Positions 19,324 to 28,988 of a DNA stretch of 64,000 nucleotides are shown one piece after another; position 1 is the stretch's first letter; every line of letters starts with the position of its first letter. The notes beneath the pieces were generated by a model. That model was not told the DNA's origin and did no database searches. It saw only the letters and a list, made by a program, of their open reading frames with translations. The DNA is from Candidatus Cloacimonadales bacterium (GTDB lineage Bacteria; Cloacimonadota; Cloacimonadia; Cloacimonadales; JAIOQZ01). The DNA is taken from positions 2,592,001-2,656,000 of the forward strand of contig OY771587.1 of NCBI GenBank assembly GCA_963674825.1, in the 5' to 3' direction. Position numbers and translations under genes: made by a program.

Positions 19324-20252
19324 CTATGCGGTTTAAATCTCTGATACTAATCATGTTAACGGCAATCACTGTGTTGGGTGCCCAGACGCTTACCCAGCAG
19401 CAGGAGATACCGGTTGAAGTCTATATCGGTACGCCGGTAAAGCTCCATATCGAAATCGCGTCCTCAGTAGGCGACAGCATTTACGCGCCTATGATCGACA
19501 CGGTCGGTGTCTTTCAAATCATCGACCGACAGCACTTCGAAGAGACCGAGGGCGAGACACAGCACACGCTGATTGATCTCACCATTGCCGCCAAAGAGCC
19601 GGGAGAACATACCTTCCCGCCGCTCGAATACACACTCGACACACGCTCGGGCCAGAAGAAGCTGCATACCGAACCTTTCGAGATCGGCGTCCGCAGTATG
19701 CTGGCTGATAGCAGCAACGTCGTCCGCGACATCTCCGATCCTCTTATGATCTATCCCGGGTTCTGGGATATCTTTCTGCCACTTTTCGCACTGGCGCTCC
19801 TAATTACCGGATTGGTATTTCTAATCCGCTATTTGAAGAAACGCCCGCAGAAGGAAGCGGCTCCCGAAAAGCCGAAAGATCGGCGACCGGCGTACATCAT
19901 TGCGCTGGAGATGCTCGAAACGCTCCGTATGCAGAAGATGCCGGATCACGGAAAATTCCTCGAATACTACTTTGAGGTGACGATGATCCTGCGTTACTTC
20001 ATCGAGCGTTATTACAGCATCAAGGCAATGGAGATGACCACGCGCGAGATCCGCGAAAATCTGGTGCTGAAAGATCATAAGGAGAAGAGCGAGATACTCT
20101 ACTTCCTCGACGGCGCTGACCGTATCAAGTATGCAAAAGGCGAAAGCTCCTACAAGGCGTGTATGGATTCGGAGAAGTGGCTGGAGGAATATCTGAAGTC
20201 GTTTGAGCACCGGACGAAACAGGCCGAGGTCCAGGAGGCGCAAGATGTTTGA
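19320..20252 (+). CDS. Bat-operon membrane protein (BatD-like N-terminal domain plus transmembrane helix)
   Basis: Signal peptide, Ig-like region, transmembrane helix, AMEMTTREI and ADRIKYAK; canonical position between DUF58 and batA. Confidence 0.75.
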   Translation: MTMRFKSLILIMLTAITVLGAQTLTQQQEIPVEVYIGTPVKLHIEIASSVGDSIYAPMIDTVGVFQIIDRQHFEETEGETQHTLIDLTIAAKEPGEHTFPPLEYTLDTRSGQKKLHTEPFEIGVRSMLADSSNVVRDISDPLMIYPGFWDIFLPLFALALLITGLVFLIRYLKKRPQKEAAPEKPKDRRPAYIIALEMLETLRMQKMPDHGKFLEYYFEVTMILRYFIERYYSIKAMEMTTREIRENLVLKDHKEKSEILYFLDGADRIKYAKGESSYKACMDSEKWLEEYLKSFEHRTKQAEVQEAQDV

Positions 20253-21237
20253 GTTTGGAAATCCAGTCTGGTTCTGGCTTCTGCTGATTGTTCCGCTCTA
20301 CCTGGCGTATGAAATCTTCTATAAAAGCCGCAAGGTGGTTCGCATCATTCATCCGTCGGTGAAGCTCCTCAAGGAAGCTTCCGGTCACAGTAACCTGATG
20401 CGCTTTCTGTCCATCGTGCTTCGCACCATCATCATCATTCTACTGGTTACAGCGCTGGCACGGCCACGGTTCAAGAACAAACAGACCGAGATCGTGGGTC
20501 GTGGAATCGACATCATGCTTGCGATCGATGTCTCGGGTAGTATGCATGCCATCGACTTCCAACCGGAGAATCGCCTCGAGGCAGCCAAGAAGGTTGCCAG
20601 TGAATTCATCCAGAAGCGTCCGAACGACCGCATCGGTATTGTGACGTTCGCTGAGAACGCCTTCACCAAGTGTCCGCTCACGCTCGACTATCGCATCCTG
20701 AAAATGACCATGGACAACATCAAGATCGACGACAGCGCGAATGGAACTGCGATCGGTCTGGGGCTTGGCCAGGCCGTGGCAAGGCTGGAAAAGTCAGACG
20801 CGAAATCAAAGGTAGTGATCCTGATCACGGACGGCCGTAACAACACCGGCGAGATCGAACCGCTTGACGCAGCCGAACTGGCGAAGATCTACGATATCAA
20901 GGTCTATCCGATTGGCGTTGGCAGTCAGGGAGTTGTGGAATTTCCGTACAAGGATTCCTGGGGACGCACCCGTTATCAGAAGGGTCGCAGCGATGTCGAT
21001 ATGGAGACACTGGACCAGATAGCACAGATAACCGGTACCCGCAAGGCTCGCCGGGCACATAACACGAAGGAACTGGAGCAGATCGTCGAACTGATCGATA
21101 GCATGGAGAAGAGCACGGTAAAGGTCAACACGTACTACCACCACCGCGAACTCTTCGGCATTGTGCTGATTATGGCGATGGCATTCTTGATTGCGGAAGC
21201 GGCATTCCGGTTCCTCTTGAGAAAAGAGATACCATGA
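20245..21237 (+). CDS. batA: VWA domain protein BatA
   Basis: F.NP.WFWLL, ALARP, MIDAS DVSGSM, GTAIG, LITDG.NN.G. Confidence 0.9.
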   Translation: MFEFGNPVWFWLLLIVPLYLAYEIFYKSRKVVRIIHPSVKLLKEASGHSNLMRFLSIVLRTIIIILLVTALARPRFKNKQTEIVGRGIDIMLAIDVSGSMHAIDFQPENRLEAAKKVASEFIQKRPNDRIGIVTFAENAFTKCPLTLDYRILKMTMDNIKIDDSANGTAIGLGLGQAVARLEKSDAKSKVVILITDGRNNTGEIEPLDAAELAKIYDIKVYPIGVGSQGVVEFPYKDSWGRTRYQKGRSDVDMETLDQIAQITGTRKARRAHNTKELEQIVELIDSMEKSTVKVNTYYHHRELFGIVLIMAMAFLIAEAAFRFLLRKEIP

Positions 21238-21283
21238 GAAATCCAGCATTTGCCACAAAGGGTCTCATCCCGGGCGGTGTCTA

Positions 21284-21310
21284 TGTCACCCTGAGCGGAG
21301 TCGAAGGGTC
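21284..21310. repeat. REP-like element TGTCACCCTGAGCGGAGTCGAAGGGTC
   Basis: Imperfect palindrome in the batA-batB spacer; resembles a short intergenic repeat I recall from FCB genomes. Only one copy in the window. Confidence 0.45.
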
Positions 21311-21351
21311 AGACGCGCCTCGAGGGAGGAATCTCACGTCAAGGAGTTCAC

Positions 21352-22380
21352 ATGCATTGGGGTAATCCCGGACTTTTATCGCTTCTGCTTCTCATCCCGC
21401 TGTACATGGTGTTCATCTGGGTGAGTGCGAGGCTCAGAGTAAAATATTTTCAACGTTTTGCGGACAAACGGTTTTACAACTATTTTCTGCAAGAGTTTTC
21501 CAGCTTCCACTGGAATCTGAAAAATGTGATTCTGCTGGTAGCGCTATTCTTCATGATCGTTGCGGCCGCTCGTCCGCAATGGGGTAAGGAAATGACCATC
21601 ATGAAGAAAGAAGGGCTGGATATCGTGGTCTGCATCGATGTTTCCAAGAGTATGGACGCGCAGGATATTAAGCCCAGTCGCATCGACCGCGCCAAAGACC
21701 AGATCGCCCGTTTCGTGGATCAGCTCAAATCGGACCGTGTAGCGCTGGTGGCGTTTGCTGGCCGGGCGTATGTGCAATGTCCCCTGACAGATGACTATGG
21801 TGCGCTCCGCATGTATCTGGAGCTTCTCGATACCAATGCTGTGTCTGTTTATGGCACCGATATTGGAAAAGCGCTCACGACAGCGAACGAGCTGTTTGAG
21901 CAGTCGCATAAATACAAGGTGATTGTATTGATCAGCGATGGCGAAGATCTCGAAGAGAATGCGATCGACGTCGCGGAAGAGCTGGCGAAACAGGGTGTGG
22001 TGATCTACACGCTGGGTGTCGGATCGCAGCAGGGTTCGCCCATTATGCTGACGGATAAAAATGGCAATCGTGAATATGCCAAGGACGATGAAGGCAATAT
22101 CATCCAAACCAAGATGGACGTGCGCACACTGAGCCAGGTAGCACAGGTAGCGCATGGTAGATTCTACCCGGTAACGCCGCGTCAGTCTGAGATCACGGAA
22201 ATCCTGAAAGAAATTGAGCAGATGGAAAAACGAAAGTTCGATAGCAAGGAATTCGAGAAATACCAGGATCGCTACCAGTATTTCGTATTTGCGGTAATTG
22301 TGCTTCTGATCATCGAAGCGCTCATTATTGCTCGCCGGAAGGTAAAATGGGTACGCAATCCCGAGGAGGTTTCGAGATGA
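21352..22380 (+). CDS. batB: VWA domain protein BatB
   Basis: AARPQWG, DVSKSM.AQDIKPSR, FAG.A..QCPLT.DY, SDGED. Confidence 0.9.
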   Translation: MHWGNPGLLSLLLLIPLYMVFIWVSARLRVKYFQRFADKRFYNYFLQEFSSFHWNLKNVILLVALFFMIVAAARPQWGKEMTIMKKEGLDIVVCIDVSKSMDAQDIKPSRIDRAKDQIARFVDQLKSDRVALVAFAGRAYVQCPLTDDYGALRMYLELLDTNAVSVYGTDIGKALTTANELFEQSHKYKVIVLISDGEDLEENAIDVAEELAKQGVVIYTLGVGSQQGSPIMLTDKNGNREYAKDDEGNIIQTKMDVRTLSQVAQVAHGRFYPVTPRQSEITEILKEIEQMEKRKFDSKEFEKYQDRYQYFVFAVIVLLIIEALIIARRKVKWVRNPEEVSR

Positions 22381-23126
22381 GACGCCTGACACTATTATTC
22401 GCGCTGCTTGCGACATCGCTGATGCTTTCGGCGGAAATCCTTACCTACGATAAAGTTCTGACCAACCTCAAGGGCGTTGAGGCCTATAAAGACGGCGATA
22501 TCGAGAAAGCGCAGAGCCATTTCGAGGAAAATGCGATTGACAATCCTCGCGACGGCGCACTTCATTACAATCTGGGAAACGCCTACTTTCAGAACGGAAA
22601 CATGGAGCAGGCGGAACAGGAATATTTGATGTCGCTTCGAGACGAGGATTTCAAGGATGCCTCCCGCTCGTATCAGAATCTTGGTAACATCTACTTCCAG
22701 AATCAGGAATACGAGAAAGCGTTGAACAGCTTCTGGCAGTCGGTAGTGGATAATCCGCAAAACGAAGACGCCCGTTATAATTACGAGCTGACCAAGCGCT
22801 ACATGCAACAGCAACAACAACAGCAGCAGCAACAGCAGCAGAATTCGGATCAGAACCAGGATCAGGATAAGCAGCAACAGCAACAACAGCAACAGGGCGA
22901 CAAAGAGGACGAGAAGAAAGATCAGCAGCAGCAACAACAGCAACAGCAGGATCAGGAGAAAAAAGAGCAACAGCAACAGCAACAAGCCCAAAAATCGAAA
23001 GAAGAGATGAAAAAGGAAGACGCTGAAAAATTGCTCAAAGCCTTGCTCGAGAAAGAAAAAGATGAACAAAAAAAGCAGAAGGAACAAGAGCAGGGAACAC
23101 CTCGCCAGAAGGGTAAGTATTGGTAA
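22377..23126 (+). CDS. batC: TPR protein BatC with Gln-rich linker
   Basis: YNLGNAYF TPR motifs, ARYNYEL, poly-Q region, C-terminal W. Confidence 0.85.
   Translation: MRRLTLLFALLATSLMLSAEILTYDKVLTNLKGVEAYKDGDIEKAQSHFEENAIDNPRDGALHYNLGNAYFQNGNMEQAEQEYLMSLRDEDFKDASRSYQNLGNIYFQNQEYEKALNSFWQSVVDNPQNEDARYNYELTKRYMQQQQQQQQQQQQNSDQNQDQDKQQQQQQQQGDKEDEKKDQQQQQQQQQDQEKKEQQQQQQAQKSKEEMKKEDAEKLLKALLEKEKDEQKKQKEQEQGTPRQKGKYW
22805..22985 (+). repeat. CAG/CAA poly-glutamine tracts within batC
   Basis: Four mixed CAA/CAG runs encoding Q7-Q12. Confidence 0.9.
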
Positions 23127-23143
23127 TAAGGGGAGATAAGCCC

Positions 23144-24919
23144 ATGAGATATATCGCGATAAGCATACTGTTAATCATGCTCGTAGCGCCACTATTTGGC
23201 GATGTCGAGCTGCGATCCTACGTTGACAGGACTAAGGTCGGATTGAGCGACACATTCACCTTCTCGGTCGAGGTCTCCACCAGCGGTGGAGAAGATGTGG
23301 GAACGCCTGAATTGCCCAAGATCGATTTTGTGGAGAATCTCGGTGTATCGACCTCGGCGTCATCATCCTACACGATGGTGAACGGGAAAATGTCGTCGAA
23401 CCGAACGAATACTTATAGCTTCACACTTCAGCCGCTCAAAAAGGGCAACTTTGTCATACCGCCCATAACCCTGACCTATAAAGGAAAAGCCTTCTCAACC
23501 AAGCCAATTGGTGTTACAATTGTCGAAGGCAGTACAAGGCCAGCACCTCAAGCAAGTTCGCCGTTCCGACAGAACAACCGGCAGGATACCAGCGATGACC
23601 AGAAGTTGGAAGACAACCTCTTCATCGAGACACAGGTCTCGCAAACCAAGGCTTACAAGGGCGAGCCGATTCGCGTTACCTACATGCTTTTTACCCGCTA
23701 CAACGTCACCAACATGAGTTTTTCGGGTGACCCCGATTACAAGGGCTTCTGGAAAGAAGATATTTTCATGGCGAACAAGGTCGGATTTGACCGCGTGACA
23801 AAGAATGGCATTTCGTATAATCGCATGAAGCTTTCCGAGATCGAGCTGGTTCCGAACGAATCCGGCACCTTGACGATCCCAGGAATCGAAATGAATATCG
23901 AGTTGCTCAAACGCTCCCGTGATTTTTTTGATTTTGACCGCACCAACAGTTATCGGATCAAGGGTCCGGACCGCAATATTCAGGTCAGCGAGCTGCCAAT
24001 GCAGGGCAGGCCGATGAGCTTCACCGGGGCAATCGGTAACTTCAAGATCCGCAGCCGTATCGACAAGAACGAGCTAAAGGTGGGGGATTCCTTCACTTAT
24101 ACCTTGAAGCTGACCGGTGACGGCAATTTCATGAAGTTCGAGATACCTAAACTTCCCGAGGTCCAGCACCTGCATTTCCTTGCGCCAGAGGTTAAATCTG
24201 ATGCCAACGGCAAGACAGCCAAGTATCCCTGTATTGCGCAGGAAGAGGGAACATTCACCATCCCGGCGATCGAATTCAGTTACTTTGATCCACGCCAGGA
24301 GAAATATATCACCGACAAGACCGAGGCTTATACACTTCACGTCTCACCCGGTGAAGGGACCCCCGGTTACATCTCCCGTACGCCCGGCGTGGCGCAGTCA
24401 GCGGTTGAGATGGAAGGTATGGACATCGATTTTATTGTTCGAGAGACGGTTTTGGAGAACTACAGGCCCTACTTCTCTCGTCCGCTTTACTGGCTGGCAT
24501 GGCTTATCGTATTCTTATTAATCCCGGCAGCCGGTTTCTATGCTCGCGAGCGGCAGAAGGCGATGGGCAACGTTGATTACATCCGTCAGCGAAAGGCGCG
24601 CTCGATCCTTCACAAGTACCTCAAACAGGCATCCAGCGAAGTTGGAAAGATCGAGTTTTACGCTTCAGCACAAACGGGCCTGTCCAATTATCTTGCGGAC
24701 AAGCTCAGGCTTCCGCGAGGCAGCACAGCGGATGCACTGCTATCAACGCTGGAGAAGCGACAACCTGAGGCTGACCTGCTGGCGAGATTGAAGGCGTTCT
24801 TCGAGCGCTGCAACCAAGCGCGGTTCATGCCGGGTGGATTTTCCACGGAGAATATACGCGATGATTTCTCAACGCTCAAATCGCTTGTCGGTGAGCTTTC
24901 TAAGATGAGGTGGAAATGA
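23144..24919 (+). CDS. batD: BatD family protein
   Basis: Signal peptide, repeated Ig-like domains, FTGAIGNF, FSYFDP, transmembrane helix and RFMPG. Confidence 0.88.
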   Translation: MRYIAISILLIMLVAPLFGDVELRSYVDRTKVGLSDTFTFSVEVSTSGGEDVGTPELPKIDFVENLGVSTSASSSYTMVNGKMSSNRTNTYSFTLQPLKKGNFVIPPITLTYKGKAFSTKPIGVTIVEGSTRPAPQASSPFRQNNRQDTSDDQKLEDNLFIETQVSQTKAYKGEPIRVTYMLFTRYNVTNMSFSGDPDYKGFWKEDIFMANKVGFDRVTKNGISYNRMKLSEIELVPNESGTLTIPGIEMNIELLKRSRDFFDFDRTNSYRIKGPDRNIQVSELPMQGRPMSFTGAIGNFKIRSRIDKNELKVGDSFTYTLKLTGDGNFMKFEIPKLPEVQHLHFLAPEVKSDANGKTAKYPCIAQEEGTFTIPAIEFSYFDPRQEKYITDKTEAYTLHVSPGEGTPGYISRTPGVAQSAVEMEGMDIDFIVRETVLENYRPYFSRPLYWLAWLIVFLLIPAAGFYARERQKAMGNVDYIRQRKARSILHKYLKQASSEVGKIEFYASAQTGLSNYLADKLRLPRGSTADALLSTLEKRQPEADLLARLKAFFERCNQARFMPGGFSTENIRDDFSTLKSLVGELSKMRWK

Positions 24920-25686
24920 TGAGAACCAGATACATTTTGATCGCGCTTCTGATGCTAACCTTTGCTGCTGGCATATACGCACAGACGGCCGAGAGCGTAT
25001 TCGAAGATGGTGTGAAGGCATATGAAAACGGCGATTTCCAATCTGCGCTGGAAAGCTTCTCATCGCTGGTACACAAGAAGATCGTCAACGCCGACCTATA
25101 TTACAACATCGGTAATTGCTACTACCGCCTGGATGACCTCGGTCATGCCATCCTCAATTATAAACGCGCACTGCGCATCGATCCCGGTCACGCACGAGCG
25201 CTGAATAGCCTGGAATTTACACTTACGCAGACACAGGACAAACAGCAGGATCATTCCGGTGACGAAGTATCCAGTTTTCTGACAAAAATCAACCGGATGA
25301 TCAGCCTGAACACGATCGCATTGATCATAGGAATTCTGCTTCTGGTTGTCGTGCTTTTGATCGTGGTTCTGATACTCTTCTATCGTGGACGAGAGAAGAG
25401 TGTCCCGCTGTTTTTTCTCTACATCGCGATTGTCATATTTATCATCGCGAGTATATACGGCTGGGCCCGATGGCGTCACTTCGGGGATAACGAGCAGGCT
25501 GTATTGCTTGCAGATACGGCCGTGGGATACAGTGGTCCAGGGCTGGACTACACCCGTGTTTTCACCATCCACGAAGGCCATATCTTCCAGGTCATGAAGC
25601 GTGAAGCTGAGTGGAGCCAGGTGAAGCTCGGTAACGGGCTTGGCGGCTGGATCCAGACACAGAGTTACGAGAGAGTCGTCAAGTAG
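24916..25686 (+). CDS. batE: BatE: TPR plus SH3-like protein
   Basis: LYYNIGNCYYRL...AILNYKRAL, two transmembrane helices, C-terminal IHEG...W.QVKL.NG..GWI. Confidence 0.88.
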   Translation: MMRTRYILIALLMLTFAAGIYAQTAESVFEDGVKAYENGDFQSALESFSSLVHKKIVNADLYYNIGNCYYRLDDLGHAILNYKRALRIDPGHARALNSLEFTLTQTQDKQQDHSGDEVSSFLTKINRMISLNTIALIIGILLLVVVLLIVVLILFYRGREKSVPLFFLYIAIVIFIIASIYGWARWRHFGDNEQAVLLADTAVGYSGPGLDYTRVFTIHEGHIFQVMKREAEWSQVKLGNGLGGWIQTQSYERVVK

Positions 25687-25691
25687 CTGTC

Positions 25692-25822
25692 GGTATCCGC
25701 ACGCATCTTTGTCCGATCCCCTCCGTCGCGTAAATATACTGCGCATTCGGACTATCGGACACGAGAATTAATGCGCAGAACACTACGCATCCTGCGGGGA
25801 TCGAACGAATCTACTGTGCGGA
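25692..25822. repeat. Long intergenic hairpin element, copy 1 (diverged)
   Basis: Stems tccgcac/gtgcgga, gatcccc/ggggatc and ctgcgcatt/aatgcgcag; ends resemble copies at 41594 and 57781. Confidence 0.6.
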
Positions 25823-25937
25823 AGTGGTGTTTGGCGTGTTGTAGCTTGCCCATGGAAATTGCAATGTTTTCACCATCTGTTTTACTTGACAGTTCGTCGG
25901 TACCATCGATTTTTGCAGTAAACGAAAGAGGTGACGA

Positions 25938-27008
25938 ATGACAAAACTGCAACTTCTTCAAGAACTATGCGATACGCCCGGTATCTCCGGTTTTGAAAAA
26001 CCAGTTCGGGAGATCATGATTCGTGAATTAACAGGCGATTACAAAAAAGATCGCCTTGGTTCGATCGTGTTCGAGCGAAAAGGATCGTCGGAAGGTCCGA
26101 AGCTGCTCTTCGTAGGGCACATGGACGAAGTCGGTTTCATCGTGTTCGACATCACGGAAAGCGGCCTGATCAAGGTTCAGCCGATCGGCGGTTGGGATCC
26201 CGGAACGCTGATGTCGCAGTCGGTCGATATCATCAACAACGATGGCGAAAAAGTTTACGGGATTTTCGGATCGGTCCCCAAGCACTACATGAAGGCCGGC
26301 GAATCCGCCTCGGTGGACATGGACAGCCTTTTCATCGATATCGGCGCAGCATCGCGGGATGAAGTGCAGGAGAAGTTCAACATCAGTCGCGGCAACGCAA
26401 TCGTTCCCCACTGCGTACCCAACTATACCGAGCTTACCGATCGTTATTTCAATAAAGCATTCGACAACCGCGTTGGTATTGGCGCTGCAATCGAACTTGG
26501 GAAGGTTCTAACAGAAGTCGATCACCCCAATACGGTCTATTGTGCCGGTACGGTGCAGGAAGAGGTTGGCGTACGAGGCGCGCAAGTGATAACCAGCATC
26601 GTCAAGCCCGACATCGCGTTTATCCTGGAAGGACCTCCAGCAGACGATACGATCGGGCAGTATCTGAAATCTTCACCGCAGAGCTGTGTTGGCAAGGGCG
26701 TCCACGTGCGGCTGTACGATCCCAGCATGCTGGTGCATCAAGGCCTGGCAAACTACGTGATCGAGATTGCGAAAAAGCATAATATCCCGATCCAGCTAGC
26801 AGTTCGAAAGGGTGGAGGAACCGACGGGGCGCGGATTCATCTGGCGCATGAAGGTATCCCATCCATCGTTTTAGGTGTCCCGGTTCGTTACGCACATAGC
26901 CATATCGGTTCGATATCCATGGAAGATTACGAGAACATGATTCGCCTGATCACGGTGATCAGTCGCGAATTCGACCAAGATACATTGCATACCATACTGG
27001 ATTCCTGA
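25938..27008 (+). CDS. M42 family metallo-aminopeptidase (TET-like)
   Basis: GISGFE, GHMDEVG, KAFDNRVG, TVQEEVGVRGA, GGTDG, RYAHS. Confidence 0.93.
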   Translation: MTKLQLLQELCDTPGISGFEKPVREIMIRELTGDYKKDRLGSIVFERKGSSEGPKLLFVGHMDEVGFIVFDITESGLIKVQPIGGWDPGTLMSQSVDIINNDGEKVYGIFGSVPKHYMKAGESASVDMDSLFIDIGAASRDEVQEKFNISRGNAIVPHCVPNYTELTDRYFNKAFDNRVGIGAAIELGKVLTEVDHPNTVYCAGTVQEEVGVRGAQVITSIVKPDIAFILEGPPADDTIGQYLKSSPQSCVGKGVHVRLYDPSMLVHQGLANYVIEIAKKHNIPIQLAVRKGGGTDGARIHLAHEGIPSIVLGVPVRYAHSHIGSISMEDYENMIRLITVISREFDQDTLHTILDS

Positions 27009-27850
27009 TGGAAACGAGGCCCGGTCCCAAACACCCCATCGGAATCTTCGATTCCGGCGTCGGTGGCCTGACGGTTTTCCGGGAGATTCGTCGTCTGTTC
27101 CCGCATGAGGATATCGTCTATTTCGGCGATACCGCACGGGTGCCTTACGGACCAAAGTCACGCGATACAGTTATAAACTATTCGATTCAGAATGCTCGCT
27201 TTCTGCTTCAGCTCGGAGCTAAGATCATTGTTGTCGCATGCAATACCGCCGCATCTGTCGCGCTACCAGCGCTTAAAGCACGGTTTGCCGTGCCCATCAT
27301 CGGTGTGATCGAGCCCGGTGCACGCATGGCTGTGGAAGCTACCCAAAACCATCGTATCGGCGTGATCGGTACAGAGGGTACAGTGCGTAGCAAGGCCTAC
27401 ATGCATGCGATCCAGCAGATCGATCCCAATCAGGAAGTACTCGGCACGGCCTGTCCGCTCTTTGTTCCGCTAGCGGAAGAAGGCTGGGAAGACCACCCGG
27501 TAACCCGCTCGGTCGCGCAGGAATATCTTCACGATTTACTGTCCCGGAATATCGATACGCTCGTGCTTGGCTGCACGCACTACCCAATCTTGAAAAAAAC
27601 CATCCAGGAGGTCGCCGGTAACTCGGTAACGCTGATCGACAGCGCCGAAGCCATCGCGCGGCACCTGAAAGAAATCCTTCCCGAACCGCAGAGCAGCGGT
27701 GAGGGCCACGATCAATTTTTTGTGAGTGACAACGAACAGAAATTTGAGCAAATCGCAAGGAAGATACTTCAGAATCATGTCAAACCACTACGAAAAGTCG
27801 GACTCGGAGAAACCTGGTTCCTGGAAAATCTGGAACCATCTTGTCAGTAA
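27008..27850 (+). CDS. murI: Glutamate racemase
   Basis: FDSGVGGLTV, PYGPKS, VACNTA, LGCTHYP. Confidence 0.97.
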   Translation: METRPGPKHPIGIFDSGVGGLTVFREIRRLFPHEDIVYFGDTARVPYGPKSRDTVINYSIQNARFLLQLGAKIIVVACNTAASVALPALKARFAVPIIGVIEPGARMAVEATQNHRIGVIGTEGTVRSKAYMHAIQQIDPNQEVLGTACPLFVPLAEEGWEDHPVTRSVAQEYLHDLLSRNIDTLVLGCTHYPILKKTIQEVAGNSVTLIDSAEAIARHLKEILPEPQSSGEGHDQFFVSDNEQKFEQIARKILQNHVKPLRKVGLGETWFLENLEPSCQ

Positions 27851-27863
27851 GGGACAGGTTACA

Positions 27864-28964
27864 ATGGTCAATTACCCGGTCATAGCGTTCAAAATCGCAA
27901 ACATCATTCTTGGAATCAAGAAGAATGACGTGGTCTCGATCAGTGGCGACATCCACAATTCGCCCAGGGACGAGGCGATCGAGGATGTGCTGGCAGAGCT
28001 TCCTCTGGTTGAGGAACTGGCTCTCGCTGTGCGCAAGAAAAAGGCCTTTCCGGTAATCGATCTTTCCACCGATAACCTCAAGCGGCGCTTCCTCTCGGAA
28101 ATGCCTGAAGATATCTACGAACTTCCGCTCTCCTACTACACACGTTGGGTGGAGGCGATCGATTTCTTCATCGATATTGGTTGGCGCAACATGCCGCAGC
28201 TTTATTCCGGTATCGAAGACAAGCTGTTCGGCAAGATCAAGGAATCGACGCAGGAGATCTGGAACGTGATCAACAGCAAAGGCAAGCGCGTGCTGTTCCT
28301 CGGATTTCCAACGCATTCGCTGGCCGAGTTTTTCGATCTGGAGTACGACAAGCTTCTGGCGATGTATTTCAAGGGACTGGATTGCGATTATAACCGTATC
28401 ATCCATATATCGGAAGAGCTGAAGAATGAATTGATCAGGCTGGGTACGTTCAAGTTGGGTACGTTCGAAAACGATCAGGCGGAAGTTGCTTCGCTGGATA
28501 TAAAGCTGAACAAGAATTTTGCCGAATCAATGCCGTCACATCCATTCATGGAAAAGACGCTGGTTCTTCCGGGCGGCAAGCTCGAATTCGAGCTCGATAA
28601 AGAGATGCTGACCGGTGTTCTGGTGGCCGAATGCGGATACTACACAAAACACGTGTTCCACAACGTCCGGATCCACTTTGCCGAGGGCAAGATTTATTAC
28701 GTGGAATTCGACGCAGGCGTAAAGGGTGGAAACAAGTTCCGAAACGCCATCATGAACCGCAGCGGAAACTATCGGCTCTGTATCGGGCTGAACGAGAAGA
28801 TCACCGAGACCACCGGCTATTACTTATATGACCTTGTGATGCAAGGAAACGTGTCGATCAAGATGTTCTCGTTCCAGGGTGAGGAGATCATCCTATCTAC
28901 ACGCAAGGCGAAACTGATTACCGAAAACGAAGAACATTTGCTTCGAGATATAATTTACGGATAA
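27864..28964 (+). CDS. M29 (AmpS/AmpT) aminopeptidase-like protein, metal ligands apparently missing
   Basis: Layout resembles M29 (LPGG, I.F.EGKI, LCIGLN..I...GY.LYD....GNV); ATG 27864. Confidence 0.6.
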   Translation: MVNYPVIAFKIANIILGIKKNDVVSISGDIHNSPRDEAIEDVLAELPLVEELALAVRKKKAFPVIDLSTDNLKRRFLSEMPEDIYELPLSYYTRWVEAIDFFIDIGWRNMPQLYSGIEDKLFGKIKESTQEIWNVINSKGKRVLFLGFPTHSLAEFFDLEYDKLLAMYFKGLDCDYNRIIHISEELKNELIRLGTFKLGTFENDQAEVASLDIKLNKNFAESMPSHPFMEKTLVLPGGKLEFELDKEMLTGVLVAECGYYTKHVFHNVRIHFAEGKIYYVEFDAGVKGGNKFRNAIMNRSGNYRLCIGLNEKITETTGYYLYDLVMQGNVSIKMFSFQGEEIILSTRKAKLITENEEHLLRDIIYG

Positions 28965-28988
28965 TATTATAAACTAAGGGGATGGGAA

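Noticed and set aside
22805..22985. Poly-Q tracts as a contingency locus or CRISPR-like array
   Set aside because: Mixed CAA/CAG codons, in frame; Gln-rich linkers are normal for BatC; no repeat-spacer structure.
22395..23087. Poly-leucine 'membrane protein' ORF on the minus strand
   Set aside because: It is the reverse complement of the CAG/CAA tracts in batC.
17449..25686. moxR-DUF58-batABCDE cluster as a novel system
   Set aside because: Well-known conserved operon in canonical order.
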